From Eledone cirrhosa (Eukaryota), in the NCBI GenBank assembly GCA_964016885.1, contig OZ024740.1, positions 50,344,001-50,408,000 on the forward strand: a stretch of DNA of 64,000 nucleotides. Reading direction: 5' to 3'. The position numbers and the translations under genes are program-made. Positions 11,511 through 23,574 of this stretch are shown one piece after another (position 1 is the stretch's first letter; every line of letters begins with the position of its first letter). A model generated the notes under the pieces. The model ran no database searches. It saw only the letters and a list, made by a program, of their open reading frames with translations, and was not told the origin of the DNA.

Positions 11511-13956
11511 CTGAAAAATACATATATACATAATTAATTTTAAAATGATGAAAGACATATTTAGTCATATTACATAAAAACATTCAGTATTGATCTACAA
11601 ACACAAAGATGCCTCCATTCCTTGTGCTACGAAATCAATGAATGACTTTTACTGCTATGTCATGGAATTTTCATGGTTTCCTATTACCTTACTTTAAGTA
11701 TGTTCTACAAGACGTGCTCTGATCAACTAGGTACGGACAAGATCCCCACACCTGCCTGACAATTCAAAGTGTAAACAATCAGAACAAATATGGTAAACTA
11801 CAAAGTCCAATGTTCTAAAAATGTTGCTACTCTACTGCTCTGGACTGGCACTATATTTTATGGAACCCCAGAAGGATGAAAGACAAAGTTGGCTTCAGAA
11901 TGTTAAAGGCTGGAGCAAATACTGCAAAGTATTTTGTCCAGCATTCCACATGCCAAAGCTAAAATCTGCAGGTTGCAAGACATCTGTAAGAGAGAAGATA
12001 TATGATTGTAATGCATTCAAGTAGGTCCAGCAGCCATGTGGAGGCTCCTTTGTAGGCCTATAATTTTGTTTAAACCTGATCCAACACACTTATAATCAAG
12101 AGGTGTTGTAGCCAAGACCATCTTGTCTAATTTTCAGTTCTAAGATTACATTATCGAATGGTCACCTTTTTTTAAAGATAGAAGGGTGTGATTTGAAAGA
12201 AGTTTAGCTGTTATTTCTCACAAATCAAGCAACCGTGTAGAGGTACCTTCGTTGGTTCAAAGGTAAGTAATTCTGAGATGCGATGGGGAAACCAACCAAA
12301 TGATATGAGAGATTCGGTTGATAATAATATCTATTGCCAAAAATTATTAAAGATTTGAAATGAAGATTTTGATGACCTAGAGAGTTGAGATACTGAAAGA
12401 ATATGCTGTCATAAAGTAAAAATAAACACTATTGAAGTAATATTTGCCAATTCTCTCACAAATACCCATGTGAATTATACACACACACACATATACATAC
12501 ATACATAACCACACACATTCACTCTTAACATATTTTTGAAACATTTCTTTAACTGTCCCCATTTCTTACATCAGCAATATAATCTCTATGTTATTACCAT
12601 CACTATCAATATCACTAAAACCTGAAAATGTCAAACTAACCTAATATCTTTCAAACACAATGTGACTAGTTAATGTTAACATCATCATCAACGTTCATCA
12701 TCATCAACGTTTAACGTCCGTGTTCCACGCTTGCATGGGTTTTTCAAGCATTAAAAAGCTAACTAGAAATAAATATGCAATGGGGAGAAAAAAGGATGTT
12801 AGTCAATTGCTAGTGTTATTTGCATTCCTCCAGCGTGTATGGGTGTTAACTTTGGACATGTTTTGGTCTTATTTTGATCTCATCAGCATAGCATAACATC
12901 TACTACAACTGTTGAAATAGAGATGGAAGAATCCCAAAGTAAATGTACATCAGTAGGTGCAGGAAAATAAAATTGTTGAAAATAACTAATTGTGAAAAGC
13001 CATATACATGAAAAACAAGAAGTCATTGTTCACATTAAAAAGCTAACTAGAAATGAATACATAGTGAGGAAAAGGAGACCTAATAATAGAGCTCAAACCA
13101 TGTATTGTATCACATTTGCTAGGTGATTGCAAAAAGAAAATAGAAAAAAACCTTAATACTGCCCAAATTTAGAAGGAAATGTCAAATACTATGGAGTGTA
13201 ACAAGAAATCCAGATGCCAGGCAAGTGATAGGTACATAGTTCGAGCACCAATCTGCTACTCTTTTTTTGTCTCGTGTAAGTACCAGGCTCCAAAACTATG
13301 GTTCCACTGTGAGACGAGTTTGCATTGCCAACTGGCCTGTCCCTCCTCATAACGGAACCATCCAGTTCCATACTGTAAATGTTAGGAAGAGCATTCAGCT
13401 GTAAAATACCCGGCCAAATTTAGTCCTCATCGAAGCAAGGTTCAGCGTGGCCAACTCTGGTCAGACTTGCCTTCCAACATGGACAAACCATCTAACCCAT
13501 GCAAGCATGGAAAAATGGACACTAAACGGTGATGATGATGATGTATGCAAGTTGCAAGTGAGAAGTGGGCCCTCAGCCTGTCTCAGCGGTCAATAGATTC
13601 AATTAAGTAGTGACTTGGTCAGTGATGACCCATCCAACGCTTGCTAACATGGAAAATAGACATTAAATGATGATCATTATTCTGTCTGTCAAATACTACT
13701 TAAAATTGTATTTGTTTCATAATCCTTATTATTATTGCTATTTTTTTATTTTTTGGCAATATCGTTAGAGAAAATGTTTTCAGTCATTTATTTTGGCTCT
13801 TTATGTTCTAAGTTCAAATTCCACTAAGGTTAACTTTGTCTTTCATCTTTATGGAGTCGATAAAATAAAGTACCAGTATCATACTGAGGTTGATTTAATC
13901 AACATTTCCCTTCCCCCAAATGGTTGGCCTTGTGCCTAAATGAGAAACCATTATTA

Positions 13957-14468
13957 CTAGTCGGAGCCCAGTTTTCCTTAGAACATACGCACACACGTTT
14001 TTTCTACGGGTGTTGACAAACTTGCACTTAAAATTCCTGTTTTCAATCAAAACTCGTTTGTGTGACAAGAGGAAAACTGCCTCTCCTTCGTTCTTAAATG
14101 AAGGCGGCGGGGTGATCCTCACGATGGACTCGGCTGACAACTGGATGCGTCCCACACGTGACAGCAGCTGTTCGACATAATTCCACAGGTCGGTCACCCC
14201 TGGGCACTGAACAATTGTGTGCAGAACGGTTTCGATGTCCTGCTCGCATCTTGGACAGGTTCTTTTGGCAGGATCTCTGCCAGGGTGTCCGTGCCTGTAG
14301 ATTTTGTCTCGAACTGGTGGAGCTCCTCGATAGTACTGCCAGGCCTCTGGAAGTTATCCATAGGCCCTGGACGGAAAGTCCTCCCAAACAGACTGGTCAG
14401 TTCGTCCTCCTCGATGCCTAGAGTATGATGGACAGACAGACAGACAGACAACGCTCTTATAGTATAAA
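13957..14468 (-). mobile_element. Non-autonomous Helitron-like element carrying an L1/Tx1 fragment
   Basis: Minus strand: A|TTTATACTATAAGAGCGTT(GTCT)n ... GGGCTCCGACTAG|T, no TSD. The interior encodes a zf-RVT-like peptide. Confidence 0.6.
14065..14422 (-). pseudogene. L1/Tx1-clade ORF2 C-terminal zinc knuckle (zf-RVT) fragment
   Basis: AWQYYRGAPPVRDKIYRHG...CPRCEQDIETVLHTIVQCPGVTDLWNYV (C-x2-C-x8-H-x4-C); frameshift near 14345. Confidence 0.8.
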
Positions 14469-14663
14469 TTAGAATGGTGAATGACAGGAGCAGTAGGCAA
14501 AATGCCTTGTGAAATGACTTTACCTTTCAACAAAATAAATACCAGACAAGTAGAAGGATTGATTAAATTAACTAAATCCTTTCTCAAAAATGTCACTCAC
14601 TGTCAATGTATATGCCTTCCCAATTCTTGATTAATATGTCAAGAAAAATCAATATTTACTTAT

Positions 14664-16427
14664 CATCATCATCATCATCATCACCGTTTTACGTCCGTTC
14701 TTCCACGCTAGCATGGGTTAGACGGGTTGTCCTGTTGTGGGCAGTGTCTGGTCGGCTGACCATGCCTTGCTCATACAGGAACTGATCTGGCTTGATTTCT
14801 ACAGCTGGATGCCCTTCCTAACACCAACCTCATTTACAGTGAGTGCTGGGTGCTTTTTCGTGGCGCCTACACGTCCACTTTACAGTGTGGGCTGGGTGCT
14901 TTTTTGCCGTGGCACCTCCACGACCACCTTGCGGTGGGGGGGGGGGGGGGGGGGGGGGCATATTGTTTATATGCTTCAGCATGTACCCATGGGAGGTCGG
15001 GTACCCTGTATTACTGCGTGACGCCAGAAGTCACGGTCGTGTGTCATTGACTTTGAGAGGTGTAGTTGGGTAAGGTCGGCTTTTATCACCTCATCCCAAG
15101 TCATCTTGGGTCTCCCCACTCCGCGGTTTCCATCAACTTCTAGTGCTCTGCACCTTTTTATGCAGCTGTCATCCTTCATACGCATCACATGTCCATACCA
15201 GCGTAACCGCCTCTCCTGCACGCAGCATTTGATTCCTCTTATGCTCAGTCTCTCTCTCAATTCATTTATGCTTTGTCGTTCACGTATATTACTGTTACAC
15301 ATCCATCGGAGCATGCAGGCTTCGTTTCTCTCTAATCTACGTAAGTCTTCCACCTTCAGCGCCCAGGTCTCACTACCATGCAACATCGCTGTTCGGATAC
15401 ACGCATCATACAGTCTGCCTTTCATTCTGAGGGAGAAGCCTTTTGCAGCTAGCAGTGGTAGTAGTTCCCTAAACTTCTTCCATCCCGTTCTTACCCTAGT
15501 TATTGTACTTTCTGAGCACCCACCTCCGTTGCTAATTCGGTCACCTAGGTAGCAGAAGCTGTCTACTGTTTCTACAGGGCCCTCCCAGAGATTGGTGGTA
15601 CTTGTTTCCTGTGGCTGTTTGCTTGCTGTTTCAGCACAGCTGCTGCATGTGAATCCTACATTCTTAATTAAGCTTCCTGAGATCCCGCTACATCTCTTGT
15701 GTACCCATTGTTTGCATTTGGGGCAAAGAATGGAGTTCCTACCTACACCTTTCCTACATACTGAGCAAGGCCATTTCCCTGAGGGGATCTGGGTTCTGTT
15801 TTCTCGTCTACTTATAAGGACCTTAGTCTTTGTCATGTTGACTTTGAGGCCCTTTCTCTCTAGTCCCTGCTTCCAGGTTTGGAATTTATTCTCTAGTTCT
15901 ACCATAGATTCAGCTATGAGTGCGAGGTCATCAGCATACAGGAGTTCCCATGGGCATCCGGTCTTAAACTCCTCCGTTATTGCCTGCAGGACTATGATGA
16001 ACAGGAGAGGGCTAAGAACAGAGCCCTGGTGGACCCCAACCTGTACGCTAAATTCCTCGCTATACTCATTGCCAATCCTAACTTTGCTGACTGCTCCCCT
16101 ATACATGGCTTGTACCGCTTTCACAAGCCATTCATCTACTCCTAGTTTTCTAAGAGCCCACCAGATTACTGCACGTGGAACTCTGTCAAAGGCTTTCTCA
16201 AGGTCGACAAATGCCAAGTAGAGTGGCTTACTTTTAGCTAGGTACTTTTCCTGTAATTGCCTCACAAGGAAGAGGGCATCAGTGGTGCCTCTTCCTGGCA
16301 CAAACCCAAATTGCATCTCGTCTAGTTTCACCCGGTCCCTAATCAGCTGTGCTATAACTCTTTCTGTTACTTTCATGACCTGGTCCATCAACTTTATACC
16401 TCTATAGTTTCCTTTATACCTCTATAG
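14664..16427 (-). mobile_element. 5'-truncated RTE LINE (second subfamily), open 471-aa RT-PHD frame
   Basis: ORF 14976-16391 has the same RT motifs. (GAT)n tail at the left end. Candidate TSD tttacttat at 14655-14663 and 16428-16436. Confidence 0.96.
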
Positions 16428-17587
16428 TTTACTTATGTCCTGAATTATTTTATTCTCAAAATTATAACATTGATTTTACAATGAATTAACACTTTTGTGA
16501 CAGTATTTCCAATCACATACACTATTTCAATTAATTAATGAAGAATTTTAATGGATTTACTAAAATCATTAATTATTACATTACTAATAATATTATGTTA
16601 GAAGATTTAAATTTAAATAGGAACCCTTTAAAATGAGTGGTTTTGTTTCAAAGGACCAGAGCTGGTTTTCATAAGGTTGATATCACAAGTGTTAAAGACA
16701 AACATAACCTTTCACTGCACATGTGAACTCAACACTTCAAGAGCTTTACCTTAACAAACCACAGGAAGCAGCATACTTCCACAGAAAAAATTAAAATTAG
16801 GTTACTAAAATAGATAAATTCAACAAATGGAATTCATAACATTTTATGATACTATCAAAAACAGAACCAAAGGTCAGATGAAATCAGAACAGTGTCATAC
16901 ATAATATTGTCTGCACTTTATAGGTTTATCTTATTAACACTTTCAAATCCACAACTACTCTCATTCTACATGTGCATGAATATAATGTGCATTAATATAA
17001 TTGAAAATCTGTTATTTAAAGGTTAAAGTATATATAAATATATACATAACATATATGAGAAATAAAGTATAAAGTGTGTGGTACATAAATCAAATATATG
17101 TATACATAGACACCCATGTAACCCATGGAAAACAGTTGTATGCTGATGATACACTCATGTATCTACATACACTACACACACATATATATACATACACACA
17201 TATACATATTAGTGTTGTAATGAGGTAGTGCTGGTGCCACAAAGGCACACAGTCCACCCAATACAGTAGGAGAGCTGGAACCACAAGAAAATGCTCCCAG
17301 TGCACATTGTAAAATGGTTGACATTAGGAAGGGCATCCAGCTGTAGAAACCAAACCAAAACAAAGCTTATAAGCAGGATCTTGTCACCTGACTGGTCTGG
17401 CCTCAGCACATTACAACCATCAAACTCGTGCAAGCATAGAAAATAGACATTAAATGGTGATGGTGATATAGTATATGGTGCATAAAATATATGATATAAA
17501 GTATATAAAGTATGATGTGTATAAAGTATATAAAACAAAGTACATGGCATATAAAGTGTATACCATATAAAGTATATAAAATGTATG

Positions 17588-17803
17588 TTAACCCTTTAGC
17601 ATTTAAATCGGCTGTATCTGGCCAGAATTCTCTCACCTATTTCTGTTCAAACCAGCTGTAACTGACTGCTCATACTGTGGTTAAGGTATTGTTCTCAAAA
17701 TAAATAATATAAAAATATCATAGATTCGATATTATGTGAGGTAAAGCCTTTACCATGAAAATATAATAGTAAATATAGAGTAATGTAAATGCTAAAGGGT
17801 TAA
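17588..17803. mobile_element. piggyBac-type MITE family 1 (representative copy)
   Basis: TTAA|CCCTTTAGCATTTA...TAAATGCTAAAGGG|TTAA. Other copies at 2514-2729, 4482-4709, 10611-10847, 46058-46273 (reverse), 59755-59963 and 60485-61101. Confidence 0.85.
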
Positions 17804-20800
17804 ACAATTTTAATAAGTCATATAATGGAATAAAGTATAAAATATCATTTGAAGTATCATTGAAGTCATTTGAAGAACATAAGTAATTGTAAATTACTTT
17901 GTTGATCTAGATTTAAAATTGTTCCAAATGTATAATCCAACTCATTTTCAACTTTGAATTGTTGAACATGTTAGTCAGACAGCTTGAAAAGGATGTCATT
18001 TAGTCACTGCTCTGATTTATCAACTTACAAGAGGTACCAAACCTATTACTCATAATGAGTTTGCATGAAATGAAACTAAAGCTAATGGCACCACACACAC
18101 ACGCATATAGTATGCATAAAGGAAATCAACTAAAATGATGAGAAATGTGAAAGGAAATTAATAGATTATCATTTGAAAATAAAATTAAAATTTTTTAAAT
18201 GGGAGAAAAATTTGTATTTTATAAATTGTATAATAGATATAGAGAACATCTGAATCTAGTAGAACAATAAAATAAATCTAATTCAGACAGATGGTGATGT
18301 ACTGGATGACATAGGCAAACCATTTCTAGATAAACTGAATTGTGCCGCTTAGATAAGAAAACACAAAACCTAGGAGCAACCTTTAGCAACCCTTAAAAAA
18401 TGGGAGAGTGTAGGGTAATTTTAAGAAATTCAATTTTGATGCTTAGTTGAGAAATCTGGTCTTTGTTAGCAGGTAAGGTGACAGTTATAGACATGTTTCA
18501 ATCAGTGAACATGTTTTGATCAGGTTTACAAGTGGGTATATTCTGGCAAGTATGATTTGCTTAATTTATGGGAAATAACTTAAGTAGCCCAACGGCTTAC
18601 ATTTCAAAAATTCAAGTAAATGGAATGACGCAAGCAAAAAAATAAAATTCTAAATGAAATGAAAGTTGTCTTTTTGTTGGTGAAAGAAAACAAAACCTAT
18701 CAACAATTGTTAGCAACTCTCAAAAACAAAAGGAGACAATTTCAAAATAATTAAGAATTAATTTCACAGATAATTGATTTTTCATACTCAGGAGGAAAAC
18801 CTGACATAGTGAGCAATGCTTGGCTGATGAGGTTTGACAAGACTGAAAGCTGATAAGACTGAAAAGCTGCTGATAAGGCAAAGCATCTCATATCAAGCTG
18901 ATAAGAATAAAACATGTCTGAGGCTGTCAACTTGCCAGCTAAACAAAGATCAGCTTTTCCATATAAGCATGAAGATTTAATTTTCTATGAAATTAATTCT
19001 TAATTTCATGATATTATCTCTCTTTTTTCTCTTTGGGAATCACTAACAATTGTCACTTGGTTTTGGCTTTTACTCAAACTAAGAGAAATTTCAATTCATT
19101 TAAAATTGTTTTCTTCTGCCATTCAGTACATCACTGTCTACCTGAATTACCCATATTCATGCCATTAGCCCAATTCAGTTATTTTGATATAAGTCTGATG
19201 TGTCTAAGATATTAATTGAAGACTAATCAAAATAAAAATAAAACAAAAGATTTCTCTAAGAAAAATCAACATTCCAATACATTCATTTGGGTCAGTAGTT
19301 CTTAATATTTTGTAACAATGCCACCAATACTGCTTTTAGAAATAGAAAAATCTTTCTGCTTTCCTTCATCTTACCACACCTACCTACACATGCACACATA
19401 ATCTATTATTTTGTACATGGGACTGAGAGAGAGAAAGAAAGATCTGGATAACACCCAAAAGCTAACTAACCATGTTCCTTTGAAATCTTGTTGTTGTATA
19501 GTAACCACTGCAAACCAATATTTGCTCATGCCCTCACTTCTTCCAGTCAACTAGCTACTCTCTTTACAATGCTGCCACCACTAACACAAGCAGTAAATTA
19601 GGTTAAGTTTTGTTGCGACTCATTGTTAGTGAATACATTAAAGAAATTATCTTACACCACTTAATTTGTTAAGTTAATTCATGTTATACATATTATTCCA
19701 GTTTCCAAAGCAATAAGTAAATTATATAAATGTTTCCTTAGAACGATACTTGTCTATATTGCAGGTAACAATTCTTCAGGTAGGTGAAATGAGGCAATGT
19801 AGAATTAAATATCCTAACACGATACTCCCTTTACATAATTCATGGCACATCAGCTAACATCTATCCAATACTTTATAAACTTGGCAGTATCGGTAGAGGG
19901 TCGGACGCCATGCTTTCCAGCATAGTTACGTCCCGAGTTCAAATCCCGCTGAGGTTGACTTTGCCTTTCATCCTTACGGGGTCGATAAAATAAAGTACCA
20001 GTAATGAACTGAGTAATTGCTGGCCTTGTGCCTAAAGTAGAAACAATTATCAATTTACTAGATAGATGAAAAGCAAAGTCTACTTTGGTGGAGTTTGAAC
20101 TCAGAACATAAAAGGATCTAACTACTACAAGGTATTTTGTCTGCTCTCTCTCAGTTCTACCAATCCATATATGAGAGATATTGATAAAGTGAAATTCTAT
20201 GAATAATATTATTAAAGAAATGGTTGAGAGGATTCTTCATTTGTGTCAAAAGCATGAGAAACTCCCTAGTGTTGGTACCCCAATAAAATGCACCCATCCA
20301 ACCCTTGTTAACAGGTAACAATGACGATGATGAAAAAAAAACATACATAGTGAGTAATGAGCAGATCTCTCCTAGTTGACCAACAAGATACTGGGATGAC
20401 AGTGACAGTTTACCAGACACTTCCTGCAACATCAGAGTCCCCTGCCAATCAGGTCTTCAGCTAGAAACCAACCCATGGAAAGATCACTTATGAGATCATT
20501 CTAAAACCATACTCAAACTCTATTGGAGGATAGTGGAGTCATGACTACTGATGAATTTAAGACACTGATAATGGAAAGGGGTATGTGGTGTGTCTATCAT
20601 TGTGCCTAAAGCAAGTTGTGACTGGCAAGTAATAGATTCATAAGTGTTATATTCCATCACACAGTCGGTTTGCTTTTTCCATCTTAAATGGATGCCTGAA
20701 ATGTCTAATATCATAAAGAAAATACTCATTTGAAAAGAAACACAAATATATACAGACATATGCGTATGGTACAACTGTTGGGGTAGGTGATTGAACATTG

Positions 20801-21659
20801 AAATACATTACATTGAGAATGTGAATACTGCTTCACATCTGATACATTTGTAATAGGAATGGCATTTAACAATGAAACATACTTTAACAAGTCAAGCATA
20901 TCTTCTAGTTTGCAAACCAAATTGAATTTTAAAAAAATAGAAATATGTTTAAAAAGAAAAGATCTTGATACAATTATAGCCAGAATGTGTGCAAATTTAA
21001 TGTACTGATAGTGGTGTTCCAATTACTGTATTGTGCCACTAGACATTTGCTGGGTGAGTAAATTAAGTTCTAGCTCAGTTCATAGATAAGTGGCTAGCAG
21101 TGGCAAATGAGTAATGACAATTATAGCAAAATGTTGGAAGAGTAAGGGCAGCAATTATTACAGTTGTTTAGCCCCAAATCAGCTTTGGTCATGTAGACTT
21201 ATGGTCAATGGCATTCCAGCTATGACCATATTATCCCTTTTCTTTGACATTATGTATCGGTAGAGGGTCGGATGCCATGCTTTGACGTATAGAGTTACGG
21301 CCCTTGCCATTCTGAGTTCAAATCCTGCCGAGGTTAACTTTGCCTTTCATCCTTACGGGGTCGATAAAATAAAGTACCAGTAATGCACTGGGTATTTGCT
21401 GGCCTTGTGCCAAAAGTAGAAACAATTATGTATCTAAGACTACCTTATCTAGTGAGTCCTCCATTTTTAAGATAGTAGGGTGTAATTTAATAGCTATTCC
21501 TGCAAAACAGTAAGGAAATTTGACCACTATTTCTGCAAGACAGTAGGGAAATTTTACTGATATTTCTAGAAGTTTGGGCGACATATTGCATATGCAGTTT
21601 AATGAAGAGCAACAAAGTTTTAAGAAAGAGACGTTAATAATATATAGGAAATGCAGTGA

Positions 21660-22052
21660 AGGCATGTGGCTTAGTGGTTAGAGAATTGGGCTTGCAATCG
21701 AAAGGTTGTGAGTTCAATTCTCAGACCGGGTGATGTGTTGTTTCCTAGAGCAAGACACTTCATTTCACATTGCTCCAGTTTACTCAGCTGTAGAAATGAG
21801 ATGATAGGACTGGGGTCCCTATCATTCCACTGCAAAGTGGTCGTGGAGGTGCCACGGCAAAAAAGCACCCAGTACTCACTGTAAATGAGGTTGGTGTTAG
21901 GAAGGGCATCCAGCTGCAGAAATCAAGCCAGAATCAGTTCCCGTATAAGCAAGACAAGGTCAGCTGACCAGACACTGCCCACAACAGGACAACCCGTCTA
22001 ACCCATGCTAGTGTGGAAGAACGGATGTAAAACAGTGATGATGATGATGATG
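21660..22052 (+). mobile_element. SINE family A copy
   Basis: Same head and core; tail matches that of the 14664-16427 RTE. Confidence 0.88.
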
Positions 22053-23574
22053 AAATGAACAAATATTGTGGTAAAAAAATCATAATTGGTCATTGACTAA
22101 TATCATGTTTTCTCACTGCATAATTATTTCTTGTTAGCTTCTTAATAATTCATGTATTAAATATATTAACACTAACTTAACTTTATGTATTTCTAGTAAT
22201 ATAATTCATGTGGGCGAGCTAAGATGCTAATGAATTAAAATCCCACCTGCAGTAAGGAGAATAAATCAATAGCCCAAGAGACAACATTAAAATTTTAATT
22301 AAAAACAAATTGCATGCATGTAGCATTGAATGTTTGGCAATACAGTGACAACTCTAGACATGTTCCAGCTTTATTAAGCTGCCTCAGTGAAAAAGTCTAG
22401 TCTTACCAGTACTACCAAACCTAAGATAACAGAGATATGTGTGATCTACATGATAAAAGCACCCAGTAGACACTAAGTGACTGGTGTTTTGAAGGGTATC
22501 CAGCCATAGAAAACTTGCTAAACAAGGGGTTAGGAGGACCTTTCAGTTTGTGTAAAAAAAGACTTCTGTGCACTCGATAGAATGTATGACCATATGTAAG
22601 CAAGATGCAGACATCCTGGTCTGTCGGGGAGGTCAGTAGTCCATCAACCCTTACTATCAGGGAAAGCAGACATATGATGATGATGAACTGCTCCATACAT
22701 TAACTCTTAACATTCTGTAATGATCTAGTATAAAATATTTAAAAACAGGTTTGTTAAATCAAATATTTATAATATCTTTACTAGTGGAGAGATTGTTGCA
22801 AAAACGGAGTTGCACCAAAAGGTTTTTAGAGTAACATTACTAGATAGAGTGTGGAGCTAGATCAGAGAGTCGCTATTTAACTTGAGAGATCACAGCTCCA
22901 ATATTACAGACATGTGGTTAGAATGTCTCCAGAAAGAATTGATGGACACATTTTATGGGCAAAACCAACCGGCAGGAGACCCAGAGAAAGTTAGTTGGAT
23001 AACATCCATAAACTTGGTTGGTCTCATTTGGGGATCCAGCAGGATCAATTGAAGATGGTTGTTTTTGACAGTAGCCGCTGGAAGGCGTGTTTGAGGACTC
23101 TACCCCCACGACTCTCCCAGAAATAAGTAGGCAAAGAAGATAACTTTAATATGTGATGCAGTCATAATTCTGTTTTATACTTTTTTCAAAAATGTCTTTG
23201 CTAATGCAGTTTCATGTGATACAAGTGTAGATTAAGATAAATATTGACTTCTACATCAACCAACTTTTTTTTTCCACAAACCATCATTTCCACTATGCGT
23301 AAAATGTGGCTTATGCTGGCTGGTGTAGTGTGAGGCAAAAATGATCTACTAATTCATTAAAGAATGTCTTTAAAAAAAAAAAAAACTTTTCTTTGCATGG
23401 CACCTCAGTATACTTTTTACTGTCCAACCAATCCTTCCAGAATCATTCAGTTAAATTTAGAGTTAACAAATAAATTTTGTGTTTGGATGAAAACAACCTC
23501 TGTATCAGAAAGAGAAAATTATTCAAAATAAGGGTTTGAATGCAGCAAAATGAAAGATATTAAAAATAATTAAT

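Noticed and set aside
15106-16221. Plus-strand ORFs of 148 and 209 aa
   Set aside because: Antisense shadows of the RTE RT frame.
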